Of a DNA stretch of 64,000 nucleotides, positions 10,410 to 21,602 are shown piece after piece. Origin of the DNA: Carcharhinus amblyrhynchos. Its lineage: Eukaryota. Numbering within the stretch: the stretch's first letter is position 1; the number at the start of each line of letters is the position of its first letter. Below the pieces are notes generated by a model. It was not told where the DNA came from. It was given only the letters and a program-made list of their open reading frames with translations, and searched no databases. The stretch covers positions 63,302,001-63,366,000 of the forward strand of contig OZ336874.1 in assembly GCA_965287045.1 (NCBI GenBank), written 5' to 3'. The translations under genes were made by a program, and so were the position numbers.

Positions 10410-12950
10410 AGGCCAGAGTCTTCCGGTTCCATCTGTGGCAGGAAGCTTGACAGGCATGGGAACTTAATTTAATGGGAGGTCAAAAATCAATTTCCTGATG
10501 CCGGGATAAATTTCTGCAATTAAGTTCTTGGGATGTTAAAGGCGGTTGAGCTTCCTGACGAACAGTGAGCATCGTAGAGAGATGGACATGATCTGTGGGT
10601 CCAAGAATACTAACCTTCGGGTTTGAATGAGGGTATTTGGAGGCAGAGAATCAAGTTAAATCAGGTAGGGTGGAAGGCTAGGATCGTGGGTGGGAATTTG
10701 ATGGTCTCTCATACACAGGGTTCATAGAGAGTTAGGATACAACAGGCTTTGAGAACCGCAGGGTTCAGGGACAAGAGGGGCATGAGCACATTTACAGTTT
10801 CAGAACAGAGGGGAGAACAGGAATTTCACATAATGATAGTTGTGTGCAAGATAATGGGGGGAGGGGAGATGTGGCTGAATGGTTAGAGGAGGGAGAGGAA
10901 TGACTGTATTGTGTAGGAGGGTGGGAGGAACTTGGTGGGTAACAGGAGTTGAGTAGAAGGTGTGCACGCAACCTTACATGCATCAAACTAAAGCTCTCAA
11001 AGTTGTCATTCAGTTCATTAAACCTCTGAAGCATTCAATGTGGGAGTTTTCTCTTTTTGGGTGGGATAAGTTAATGCCTCATTTTCTTGGTATCAGCAAA
11101 GGGTTACGCTATGGGTTACCAGTCCACTCCATGGAGAATCAGACTCAGGTGTGTTCTGCTCTCGAGGTTCCAACACTCAAAATACCAGTATTGCTCCATG
11201 ACTAATGGATTACATTCCAGCAAGAATTAATCAATATCTAGATTTGGTTTACATTGTTTGCTGATTGAAAGCTAGTGCTGTTACAGGCCTGGATGAAGGG
11301 AGGGCTGTGAATATCTCCAGGGCATACAAGTGATGGATGGCAGCATACTCCAACTCCAAATCTCCATTCCTCCAGGTCAATGGTCTTACTTGAAAAGAGC
11401 TTATGCACTAAGTCTTTCTTGGTGCTAAGGCAATGGTCTCTCTGTCGAATCTCGAGGGTAATTAGGAAAACTGATTAGTGCCTGAGGGAGGATTCTTGCA
11501 TAAGGCTGTCAATATCCAGGTCAATGCTCAATGTCTCCATGCATAATCATATGTGAATATGGAATATATCCAAGATATATTTCATCTAGAAGAGGTGGTG
11601 TGGGGATGCCATATCCTGTGGATGCCAGGCACAGGGCTTAGTTTTGGCTTTCAGCCTCAGAGATGGAGGTTAATCTGCAAAGAATATACTAACCGGGTGG
11701 ATCACTGAAATTCCTTTAAAGATCTGTCGAGGCCTTGATGATACAGGCTCCAGGCAGTCCTGCCTTTCTAATGTCTCTCATCCAGATGAAGAGGAACTGA
11801 CACAGGTTAGCCCAGGGCCAGGAGGAGAATCACCTGAGCAGCCGGAAGCAGCAGGTCCTCAACAAGCTCAGGATGCTGACAGCAAGGAGACAGTGTGACA
11901 GTGGCTTGAACTTCAGTGTATTGGAGGCAATGCAGCACCTGCAGTTGAATGAAAGGCAATGCCGGAGGCACCTTTTGATTGCCTGGAATGTGGTTACTCA
12001 CATCTGCCAGCTTCTTCTTGATGGGCTTGGGGGCAATTCCATTCTGATGACATTAAAGGTCACTGCCATCCTGAACCTCTTTGCCAATGGCTCCTTCCAG
12101 GGCTCCACAATGCTCCCTTATGTCCCAATTCCTTGTCAGCAAGGCAACTGGGGGACTTCAGAATATAGGCATCATGAGAGGCTCCTGGGAACCAAGCACA
12201 ATATAAGATTTATCTTGTGTGATTATGTTCGGGGAGTAGAAATTATTCCAGTTGCTGAATGTGATTGGTTGATTTCAGGGAGCTCTCAAGGCCACAAGTG
12301 CATTGGGAAGTTTACAGATGCCGTCTTCAGGAGGACATGCCAATTTGCCTATTTCTGTTTGGATCCCAAGAGTCAGGCAGCCAGAGCATTGGGTTTTGCA
12401 GCAATCACAGAACTCCTGTAGGTGCAAAGTACGATTTACTGCATATGTGGTCTGATGGAAGGGCCTCCTGTTGCCATCCCTGGGAAGTAACATCTTTCCC
12501 GGATGGCCTGGTGGAGAACATGCAGAGAGGCTCCACTGAACTGTTAGGCCACAAGTTGTCTGCTCTGAGACATTTTGTTATCAAAGTAGATCTCCTCCTC
12601 TGCAATGACAGCCTACTGATGCTCCTGGCTTGCAGTGAGTGAATGACTGTCTGGGTACCCTTTCTATATGGCACTGGGACTTTCAACCTTACGGGACAAC
12701 AGTGAGAATGGCAAATTCCTGCTAACTCCCACTATGAAATTCAGTGTGCTCCTTGCACATGCAAGGAGCTGAATGTAGAAGATTGCATATGGCCAGCCAT
12801 CTTGCTCCAAAGTAGAAATCTCTCTCATTTCCACTCCTGCCACCAAACCTATACACCAGAAAAGATGATACCACTTTAAGTAGGAAATGTTTATGAATGT
12901 TCCTTGAGCTTTCACTTTCTTCAGGATACACAGCAATGATTCAAAATGCT
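10410..12950. mobile_element. Decayed, internally rearranged PIF/Harbinger transposon
   Basis: ORF 11873..12421 has LKVTAILNLFANGSFQGST...HKCIGKFTDAVFRR...ARALGFAAI (HARBI1-like N-terminal half). An inverted catalytic segment lies at ~12110-12260, GYP motif at ~12654, and Myb-like MLQRFNEL on - at ~11010-11035. Confidence 0.75.
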
Positions 12951-14094
12951 CTGTGTTGGCAATCGTTCATTGGATTGTACTGCTGTCTGTCCATTCACCA
13001 CACAATTTCAGAAAATTTCCCCATATGTTTTATCGTTTTCACAAAACATTTTCATAAACCATTTCATGGCAAAAAGACAATCTGCATGCTTTGTAGGTAG
13101 GGGCAGACATTTCATAATCCTCCAACGAGCCCCATCTTAAACAATTACTTTGTGAATCTGTCATGTGAAAACTAATAGCTGGAGAGATTGAAGAATACAT
13201 AAAAACCTGGTGTAAGAAAAGGTGTATGTGAATTCATTGTTGTATATTGCCTTCCATACCTTCATTTCCAATTGTCAGATCAGAGTTGATTCCAATTGCT
13301 TGGCAGTGCCTCTATTTATTCATGATGATGTGCAGTTGTTCCTCCCATGCTGGCCTTCTCATTTCCTGACTTTGCCGATCACTTTCCGTTTGGGACTGGC
13401 ATTTGTAATTTGCCTGCTTTGGGCAGCATGTAAAATCAGTATCTGATCCGCTACTGTCAGTCTTGCAACCACAACTAAACAGAAAATAATGTTCATCAAG
13501 TGCTGCCTTCCCCATTGAAAAATGCATGTCCTAATTGACTGTAGTTATCTACTGATTGATAAAACTTGTTTTTAGTGGGCAGAACTCAAGATGAAGAATT
13601 AATCAAGTTGTCTGTTCTTTGAAATAAAAGGTTTTAAAATCATCACTTCTTTGTTCTCCCATTTCTGATATTTCTATATGTTCTCTTTTTTTCTAGCTCT
13701 GAATTTGATGTTGGGATTACCAAGGTATAATTCTATGGCTAATGTATGAATGTATGGAGATCTTGCAGCTCCACAGGCAGTGGTCCTGCTTGAGCCAGAA
13801 GCCCTGGGTTCATTCCACAGAAGGGCACAGTTCAACAGGTTGATTACCAGCCTGCTTATCATAGAATAATTGAATCTTTACATTGCAGGGGGAAGCCATT
13901 TGGCCCATCGCATCTGCATTGACCCCTTCCAACAGTTTCCTACAGTTTCCCAAAGGGAAAGAAAAATGTGGGAAGGTAAAAACAATAACTAATGCAATAT
14001 TCTTGATTACCTGTGAAGAACTGAAATGAAAGTTGTTACTTGATTCAGATTATTTTGTTTAACAGTGTATTTAATAGAGCCTAGTCAAAAACAG

Positions 14095-14445
14095 CAGATT
14101 ACTGTAAACTGGTTAAAGGATTGTCCATGTAAACTGAACAATGCTACATCTGTTGTTCACATAACATGGACAACCTACTGATTCAGTTACATGGACAATT
14201 CAATGATCATTATACTCATTCCATTGATCACTTTACATGGATGATCCCTTGATCACTTTGCACACACAATCCATTGTTCAATTTACATGGAAAATTTACT
14301 GAACACATCATATGGAAAATCCACTGATTGTTTCATAAGGGTAATCAGTTGATCACTTTATATAGAGAATCCATACGAATACCTACATAAGCAAACTTGT
14401 TTTGTACTCAAGGTGGATGATCCAGTGTTCATTTTATATGGATAT
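14095..14445. repeat. Degenerate 25-bp minisatellite (consensus ~TTTACATGGACAATCCATTGATCAC) with inverted units at the left end
   Basis: ACATGG-type anchors at 14164, 14189, 14235, 14260, 14285 and 14310 (25-bp period); reverse-complement unit at 14118-14143. Confidence 0.85.
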
Positions 14446-15781
14446 TACTTCCACCCAATTGATGCCCAGAGGATTATGGCCAAATCTTCTCATCATGACT
14501 ATTAGTGCAAATATAATTCAAAAGTTCATAAACTGTGTTTTTAAAATTGCTTAGCACAGTCTCGACGGAGATTTATGTACACCATGTTGTGGAAATCTCC
14601 AGTGTGTTTCAAGAAAGTTTCTCTTGAGTTGAGGGTTAAGCATAAGCAAATTGCATTGACAACACTTTTACTCAGCAGTGACTACATTAGAGGGTCTAAA
14701 TTCACTGCAGTAAATGTAGAAGACAAAACTGCATTGAAGCTATAATACTAATTAACAGCTCAGTGCTTGCTACTGTAGTTCATTATCATTTATCATATAT
14801 TGTGTCTGTCAAGTTTGCAAACAATAGGGCAGTATATGAAGTCTCCTGGGGTTTTAAGTATTAAAGCAGTGTTTCTTTTTGTTATTTCTGCTCACTTAAT
14901 TAGATCTACATCCCATTTTGCAACTTAATTAGGGCACTCACCTTTTTTAGTGTAAGGTTGATTTGAACATTATAGCAGTGTAGTATGCAGAGATCATACT
15001 TTGCATCGCTGCACCCTTTTTGGTAAGTCGATTTCTTTTTCCATTATTTATTTTGTTGTCTCCCCCTTAAGATTTCTCCCATGCCATGCACCTTTCTCCA
15101 CTTAAAAAGGTGGATAGCCAAGATGTTACTACACATCTACTAATTGCACATCAGAAGATGAATGAGAAATGGTACAGACTAATTTGTAGTCAAATTTTCG
15201 TTCTTATAGGAAAGTATCTGGATGCACTCCCTGAATTGTCTGGATGACTGAAAACACACAATGTGGGGATTCACTAGTCCGAACCTACTTCATACTCACT
15301 GGTGCACAAACATCATGCACCAGTGATCCAACGAAGAATGAAGAATCATCCTTAAACAATGCAATGTTATTTGTTTTTCTTCTGTAATCTAAGATGAAAT
15401 CATCAGCATGCCATATATATTTTTCTAATTATCTGATGAAATCATGCAGGAATATTAAAACGTCATGCCCTGTTTCAAACATCATTGGCACAATTTTAAG
15501 ATATAAATGGTATTCTAGAGATTACCATGTTGCATGTCGAAAGAACGTTGAAAACATCCCTTGTACCAATTTGACTGTTCTGTAAGCTGTGAACAATATA
15601 GGATTTCATTTTTCACTTTTTTTCAGGATATGAAAGGTGAAGATTCAAGTAAGATACTGCATTTGTTTTCAGACTCTAAATAATTTAATTTAATGTACAA
15701 CACAACAGTTTTTACAAAGAAAGGAAATGGTAGCTTTTCAGACAACCTTTTTTAATCAAACGTTACACAAAAAAACTTAAA

Positions 15782-15846
15782 ATGAAATAAAAGCTCAAAA
15801 TGTTGGAAACATTCAGAAGATCTGGTAGCATCTGTGGAGAGGGAGA
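15782..15846 (-). mobile_element. Penelope-like terminal-repeat fragment (truncated)
   Basis: AAAATGTTGGAAACATTCAGAAGATCTGGTAGCATCTGTGGAGAG matches 4075-4125. Confidence 0.65.
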
Positions 15847-15919
15847 TGGAGGCTGGAATTCTCTGGCCTTCATGGCAGCAAGATTCTCCAGTCTGCCAGT
15901 AGTGCACCTCCTCCCATGT

Positions 15920-16050
15920 GTCTTTAAGACAGAGATAGATAGGTTTTTGATTAATAAGGGGATCAATGATTATGGGGAAAAGGCTGAAGAATGGGGATGA
16001 GAAAAATATCAGCAATGATTGAACGGTGGAGCAGACTCAATGGATCTGAG
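15920..16050 (+). mobile_element. CR1 LINE 3' end fragment
   Basis: FKTEIDRFLINKGINDYGEKA..W and TCAGCAATGATTGAACGGTGGAGCAGACTCAATGG. Confidence 0.8.
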
Positions 16051-16154
16051 TAAGACTGAAACAGGAAATGCCCCACTTAAACTCCAAAAAGGAAGACATC
16101 ACTAGGACCCATGTAGGTATCCACAGCAACACCTTTTGTTTGGAGGAAGTGAGA

Positions 16155-16432
16155 TGGGTGGCATGGTCGCACAGTGGTTAGCATTGCTGCTTCACGGCAT
16201 CAGCGACCAAGATTTGACTCCCGGCTTGGGTTACAGTCTGTGTGGAGTTTGCATGTTCTCCCCATGTCTTTGTGGGTTTTCTCTGGGTGCTCTGGTTTCC
16301 TCACACATTTGGGAAGACATGCTGGTTAGGTGCATTGACCCGAACAGGCGCTGGACAGTGGCGACTAGGGGAATTTCACAGTTACTTCAATGCAGTGTTA
16401 ATGTAAGCCTTACTTGTGATTATAAATAAACT
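16155..16432 (+). mobile_element. HE1-related SINE, alternative-tail subtype
   Basis: HE1-type head and core followed by GGCGACTAGGGGAATTTCACAGTTACTTCAATGCAGTGTTAATGTAAGCCTTACTTGTGATTATAAATAAA. Confidence 0.9.
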
Positions 16433-18174
16433 TAAAAAATGAGTTGAGAGAAACTGTTTAATGAGGGAATAGGTTTACCCAGACAGAGAAGGGTAGAGGT
16501 AGTTGACTATTGCGTAACATGTCAAACACAGCTGTTACACACGTACACCAAGTGCTATTTTCAGTTTATTTGGTTTGCCTAGGGCGATCATTATGGATAA
16601 TGGTCTGCAATTTCTTGGTAAGCCATTTCAGGCTTTGTGTAAGAAGTGAGATATCGATCGTGCTACTTCTCCTCATTACCCTATGTCTAACTGCCTGGTT
16701 AAATAAATGGTTTGCATGACGAAATCCTGAATTCTTAAATGTAGATGGTCAAAAAAGGATCGACACATTACAATGTTACATCTGAGAGCAACACCTTTAA
16801 GTGCAACTATTCTATCACTGGCAGAGCTCATGTTTGACGGACCAGTCCACTCCAATCTACGTCTTCTTACCCATTCTACACTCTCAGAAACTAGACAGCG
16901 ACTTTTAAAACTACAAGAGAAGATGATCAAAGTGCATGATAAAATACAGGTATAGAACAGCCAAGTTTGGGACAACAAGTTTGCATCCAGGATCAAACAG
17001 CAAAAAGTTGGAACATCATGGGAACTACAAATGCAAGCAGAGACACAGAATCAGAGACTAGGCAGCAGTGAGCATAGTCCTAAAGTACAAGTTACAGAAC
17101 CACTTCAGAATTATGCAAAAAGTATTAGAAAAACTAGGTCTGTACACTATTTTATGCAGTAGGATCTATCACTGATAATGTGGAAAGAAGGTAGGAAGTA
17201 GTTGAGATTTCAACTTCTTATGAAGAAGTCCTTCTTCAGAATTTAATAATAGAGAGGGCTAAATGTAATAAAAGAAAACAACAACCAGGTGAAAGCATGG
17301 ATTCATTCATCAACAATCTATATTGGTTGGCAGGCAAGTGTGATTATAAAACTATAGATGATGAGCTGATTGATGATAGAATCATAGTTGAGTCCTAGGT
17401 GAAGTATTATTAAATCTCCTACAGAAAAAAAAGATTTAACATTAGTAAAAACAGTGCAGATTGTGAGCTAAACAGAAATCAGAAAACAGAACCAAGCATT
17501 TGTTCATGGTGAAGGAGAGGCCCCACGGATCGAGTGAGACCATTCAGTCTGAAAATGCTCAAAACCTAAGCATGTCAAAATGGGGAAAAGTGAGCCAACT
17601 GCCACTTTGCCTTGGGTGTGGCGGGAACAAACCATGGTTATGAGAAGATTGTCTGGCAAGGAGGGCAGAGTCCCACAACTGTGGAAAAGTAAGTCATTTC
17701 AAAATTGGTAGTCACTCAGAAACACTGACAAACTGTAAAAAGATGGGAGACATTTTAAAACAGAGCCACAAGAAGTGCAAGAATCACAAACAAAAAAGAC
17801 TAACCTTCCTGGGCAGGTAAATGACACTCGAGGAAACTATTGGAGTATTAAACTTTAAGTGAATGGACATCCGCAGAGTTTAAACTAAGCACAGGAGCAG
17901 GGGTTTCTGTTCTAACAGATGAAGTCAAATGGTTCAAAAAGGTTACATTATTAAATTAGAGGGGTGCAGTGGGATAACTTTAAATGTCAAAGGCCAGGTC
18001 ATTGCTAAGTTGAAATATAAAATATAAAGTCGTCAAACCTCAATGTCCTTCAAAATCACCTCCACAGGGCAGAAATGTATGTCTAAAACTGAAATTAATC
18101 TATAAAGTGAATGAAGTTGTTGAAGAGAACTGCAACAGTACATTTTGATATAAATTTCCAGAATTGTTTACTTA

Positions 18175-18362
18175 GGGTGTCCTTCCTACTAATAGGATCT
18201 TCTGGTCCCACTGAAGATGACCCTCATGGTGGGTTCCCTGGTTGCAGGATATACAAGCTACACAAAATGTTGTATTCATCGGAGGAACGGGAAGATTCCC
18301 CTGGTGGCAAATGGCCTGTGCTGCCAGAAAACACGTAGCAGTGGGAGGACTGGAAAATCCTG
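18175..18362. mobile_element. MITE inserted in the Gypsy pol region
   Basis: GGATCTTCTGGTCCCAC..., GGGAAGATTCCC..., terminal GGACTGGAAAATCC like other Harbinger-type MITEs in the window. Confidence 0.6.
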
Positions 18363-19446
18363 TGCATAGTACCATAGCACCAGAATTAGATAACATTAAG
18401 CCAATTTGCCTCTTTACATGAAGGAAAGTCCCACTCTTGGACAATGTCAAGGGTAAAATTAAAAAAGATGCAACCACAAGAGGTTATCTCACAAGTCACC
18501 ATGCCGACAAAATGGTGTTCAGGAATGGTCAAGGTCCCAAAGCAAAATGATTCTTTAAGAATCAGCATGAATTTCACTCAACTAAACAAACTGATGGAAC
18601 ATAAGATAGCCTTAATGGATGTGATTCTTGTCAAACTAGCCAAGAATGCTTTATTGACCAAATTGGATGCAAATGTTTGGCAGTTGCCTTTCGACAAAAA
18701 TCCAGATTTCTAACCACATTTATAATGCAATTCAATCATTATTGTTTCAATAGGAATACTTCCACCATTTGGAATTATGTCCACGCCAAGAATTTTCCAG
18801 AGAATAATGCCTCTTGCTCTAGAGCACGGAAGGAGAAATATACCATATGGGCAACATACTTATGCATAGTTCCATGAAAGAAGAGCATGATCACAGAGTC
18901 AGTGCAGTTCTGAGAGCCTTACAGGATGCAAGCCTAGCATTAAATGGAAAATGCGTTTGCCAAACCAATGATCATGTTTATAAGGCACATTATACAAGCC
19001 ACTGGAATCACACTTGATCACGAAGAAACAAAAGTAATCAGAGAATTTCCACAGCCCAAGAACATTATTGAGTTTCAAAGTTTCCTTAGGATGGTCAACC
19101 AAGCATGTACATCTTTAATCACTGAACACTTCCCAGCTAGTGCAAAAATGTTGCAGGAAATAAAACAAACCCAGCAACAAGAACATTTCTAAGTAATGAA
19201 TATTGTCTGGAAGGATGGCTGGACTACATCCCCACTAATCCAATACTGCAGCAGTACATTGAACAGCTCACAATCATTGACAACTTAGGTGAGTTCAGCA
19301 CGAGAATAATTGTACTCCGAACACTTTAGCTTGATATTCTTCAAAGATATCATCAAAGTCATCTAGGGAGAGCAAAATGTCAGCAAACGGTCTGCTAACC
19401 AGGCATTACTCACTTCATAGACAAAAGGATTTCTAACGATCTTACT

Positions 19447-19795
19447 GGGGGCAGCATGGTGTCACAGTGGTTAACACTGCTGCCTCACAGCACCAGAAAC
19501 TTGGGTTCAATTCCGGTCTTGGGTGACAGTCTGTGTGAAATTTGCACATTCTCCCCATGTCTGTGTGGGTTTCCTCTAGTTTCCTCCGACAGTTCAATGA
19601 TGTGTAGATTAGGTGGACTGGCCATGCTAAATTGCCCCTTAGTATCCCAAGATATATAGATTTGGGGTATGCATAGGGTTATAGGGATGGGGTAGGCCTG
19701 GATAAGATGCGCTATCAGAGAGTCAGTGCAGACTCGATGGGCCGCATGGCCTTCTTCTGCACTGTAGAAATTCTATGATTCTATTCAATGATTCT
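19447..19795 (+). mobile_element. HE1-type SINE nested in Gypsy integrase
   Basis: GGGGCAGCATGGTGTCACAGTGGTTAACACTGCTGCCTCACAGCACCAG head; GCAGACTCGATGGGCCGCATGGCC...ATTCTATGATTCTA tail. Confidence 0.92.
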
Positions 19796-20096
19796 AGTGT
19801 CATCAACAGCCTAAAACTAAAGGAACCTTTATTACCTTTCACTTTTCCACTAAGGCATTGGAATGGATTTATTTGAATTCAGAGAGAAAACATTCCTTAT
19901 TATCATTGGTTATTATTCATGGTGAATTAAATAAACAAATTGCATAGTCCCACAGTAGAAGCTGTCATCCAATCCCACAACAGAATTTATGTAACACATG
20001 GCACCCTGGAAGTCATAGTACTTGACAGTGGGCTGCAAATTGCTAATGAGCTATTCCACAATTTTGCAAATGAATATGACTTTGTTCATATAATCA

Positions 20097-20400
20097 AAGA
20101 AAATAAAGAACAAAGAACAAAGAAAATTACAGACAGGAACAGATCCTTCAGCCCTCTAAGCCTACACCGACTATCCTGCCTGACTTAACTAAAATCCCCT
20201 GTCCTTCCGGGGACCATATCCCTCTATTCCCCATCCTATTCATGTATTGTCAATACTCCCTTTAAAAACATTATCGTATCCACTTCCCCAACCTCCCCTG
20301 GCAGTGAGTCCCAGGCACCCACCACCCTCTGTGTAAAAAATATGCCTCGTACATCTCCTTTAAACCTTTCGCCTCACACCTTAAACCCATGCCCCCTTTA
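20097..20400 (-). mobile_element. CR1 3' fragment nested in Gypsy integrase
   Basis: (AAAGAAC)n tail on +; CACCACCCTCTGTGTAAAAAA is the reverse complement of the FFTQRVV motif. Confidence 0.88.
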
Positions 20401-20520
20401 AGGTGCAAGGGTTCACTTCACTATCCTTAAGCAAATGGAAAAGCTGAGAAATAGACACAAACCATTCAAGATGTATTGAAGGAGAACAAAGACCTTAATC
20501 TAGCTGTTCTGAGTTCAGTA

Positions 20521-20797
20521 AGTTCACTTATTAGTCACAAGTAAGGATTATATTAACACCACAGTGAAGTAACTGTAAAATTCCCCCAGTCGCCACACTC
20601 AGGCGCCTTTTCGGGTTAATGCACCTAACCAACACATCATTCAGACAGTGGGAGGAAACCGAAGAACCTGGAGAAAACCCACGCAGACATGGGGAGAATG
20701 TGTAGACTCCACACAGACAGTGACCCAAGTCGGGAATCAAACCCGGATTGCTGGTGCTGTGAGGCAGCAGTGCTAACTACTGTGCCGTCATGCCACA
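20521..20797 (-). mobile_element. HE1-related SINE, alternative-tail subtype, nested in Gypsy integrase
   Basis: Reverse complement of the 16155-type element (TTATTAGTCACAAGTAAGGATTATATTAACAC...CTGTGCCGTCATGCC). Confidence 0.9.
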
Positions 20798-21419
20798 ATA
20801 GGTATTAAACCTCACCTTTACAAAATGGCTTCTCAGTATCAGAGTTACTAATGAGAAGGAAATTGAGATCACAGCTTCTATCTCTAGCTTGAAAACCCAA
20901 ACCCAATATCACATGAACAACCACGAGAGGATAAAACAGCATGAGGAAAAACAGACAAGCAACCGGACTTGGAACTTTATTCCAGGTATATAGTATGTAA
21001 GTTGCCAGCGCTGAAGCCCGTGGAGAGTGTATGGGTCCAAGACCAACAGAAGAAAGGTACAATCGTTGACAAAACTCTGTAACCAAGCTTATACTGGATT
21101 CAGACAGACCAGGGTATCATAAGGAGAAACTAAAGTGCCTTAATATCCTTGAAAGAAAGCCAAAGTAACTTAGATTTGCTACTCAGATCCTGATGAAGAA
21201 GAAGAAACATTAAGGCTGTGATGCTTCCAAACTGGTATTAAGTGTCCACACCGGTGGGAAACCTGGAGGATTCTCCCACCTGATAGGTGCTAATTTATTC
21301 ATATCAGGCAACCCACTGGCCAGTTCTGAGACTGGGTCAACATTTTTAAATGGCAATCCGAACTCTGCGCTCAGGAACAGGTTTCCCTCCCACAAAAAAA
21401 AGGTAGCCCCCAACACTGA

Positions 21420-21602
21420 CAAGGGTAGAAGCGGGTTGATGGGTTCTTGATAAGAGAGGGGATTAAGGGTTATGGGGAGAGGGCGGGAAAGTGGAACTGA
21501 GCCACAACAGATCAGCCATGATCTTATTGAATGGCGGGGCAGGCTCGAAGGGCTAGATGGCCTACTCCTGCTCCTATTTCTTATGTTCTTATGTTCTTAT
21601 GT
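21420..21602 (+). mobile_element. CR1 3' UTR and (TTCTTATG)n tail
   Basis: GATCAGCCATGATCTTATTGAATGGCGGGGCAGGCTCGAAGGGCTAGATGGCCTACTCCTGCTCCTATTTCTTATGTTCTTATGTTCTTATG. Confidence 0.88.

Larger units (their letters stand above)
16800..21200 (+). mobile_element. Decayed Ty3/Gypsy LTR retrotransposon internal region (gag-PR-RT-IN) with four nested insertions
   Basis: gag ~17250-17500 (ERAK..KR..QPGESMDSFINNLY.LA.KCDY...DELI.DRII); Zn knuckle ~17600-17705; protease FKL-STGA-GVSVL ~17880; RT 18444-19100 (PTKWCSGMVKVPK...LTKLDAN...LTTFI...YCFNR); integrase 19340-21150 (HQSHLG, THGTLEVIVLDSG.Q). RNase H appears deleted; LTRs not resolved. Confidence 0.85.
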
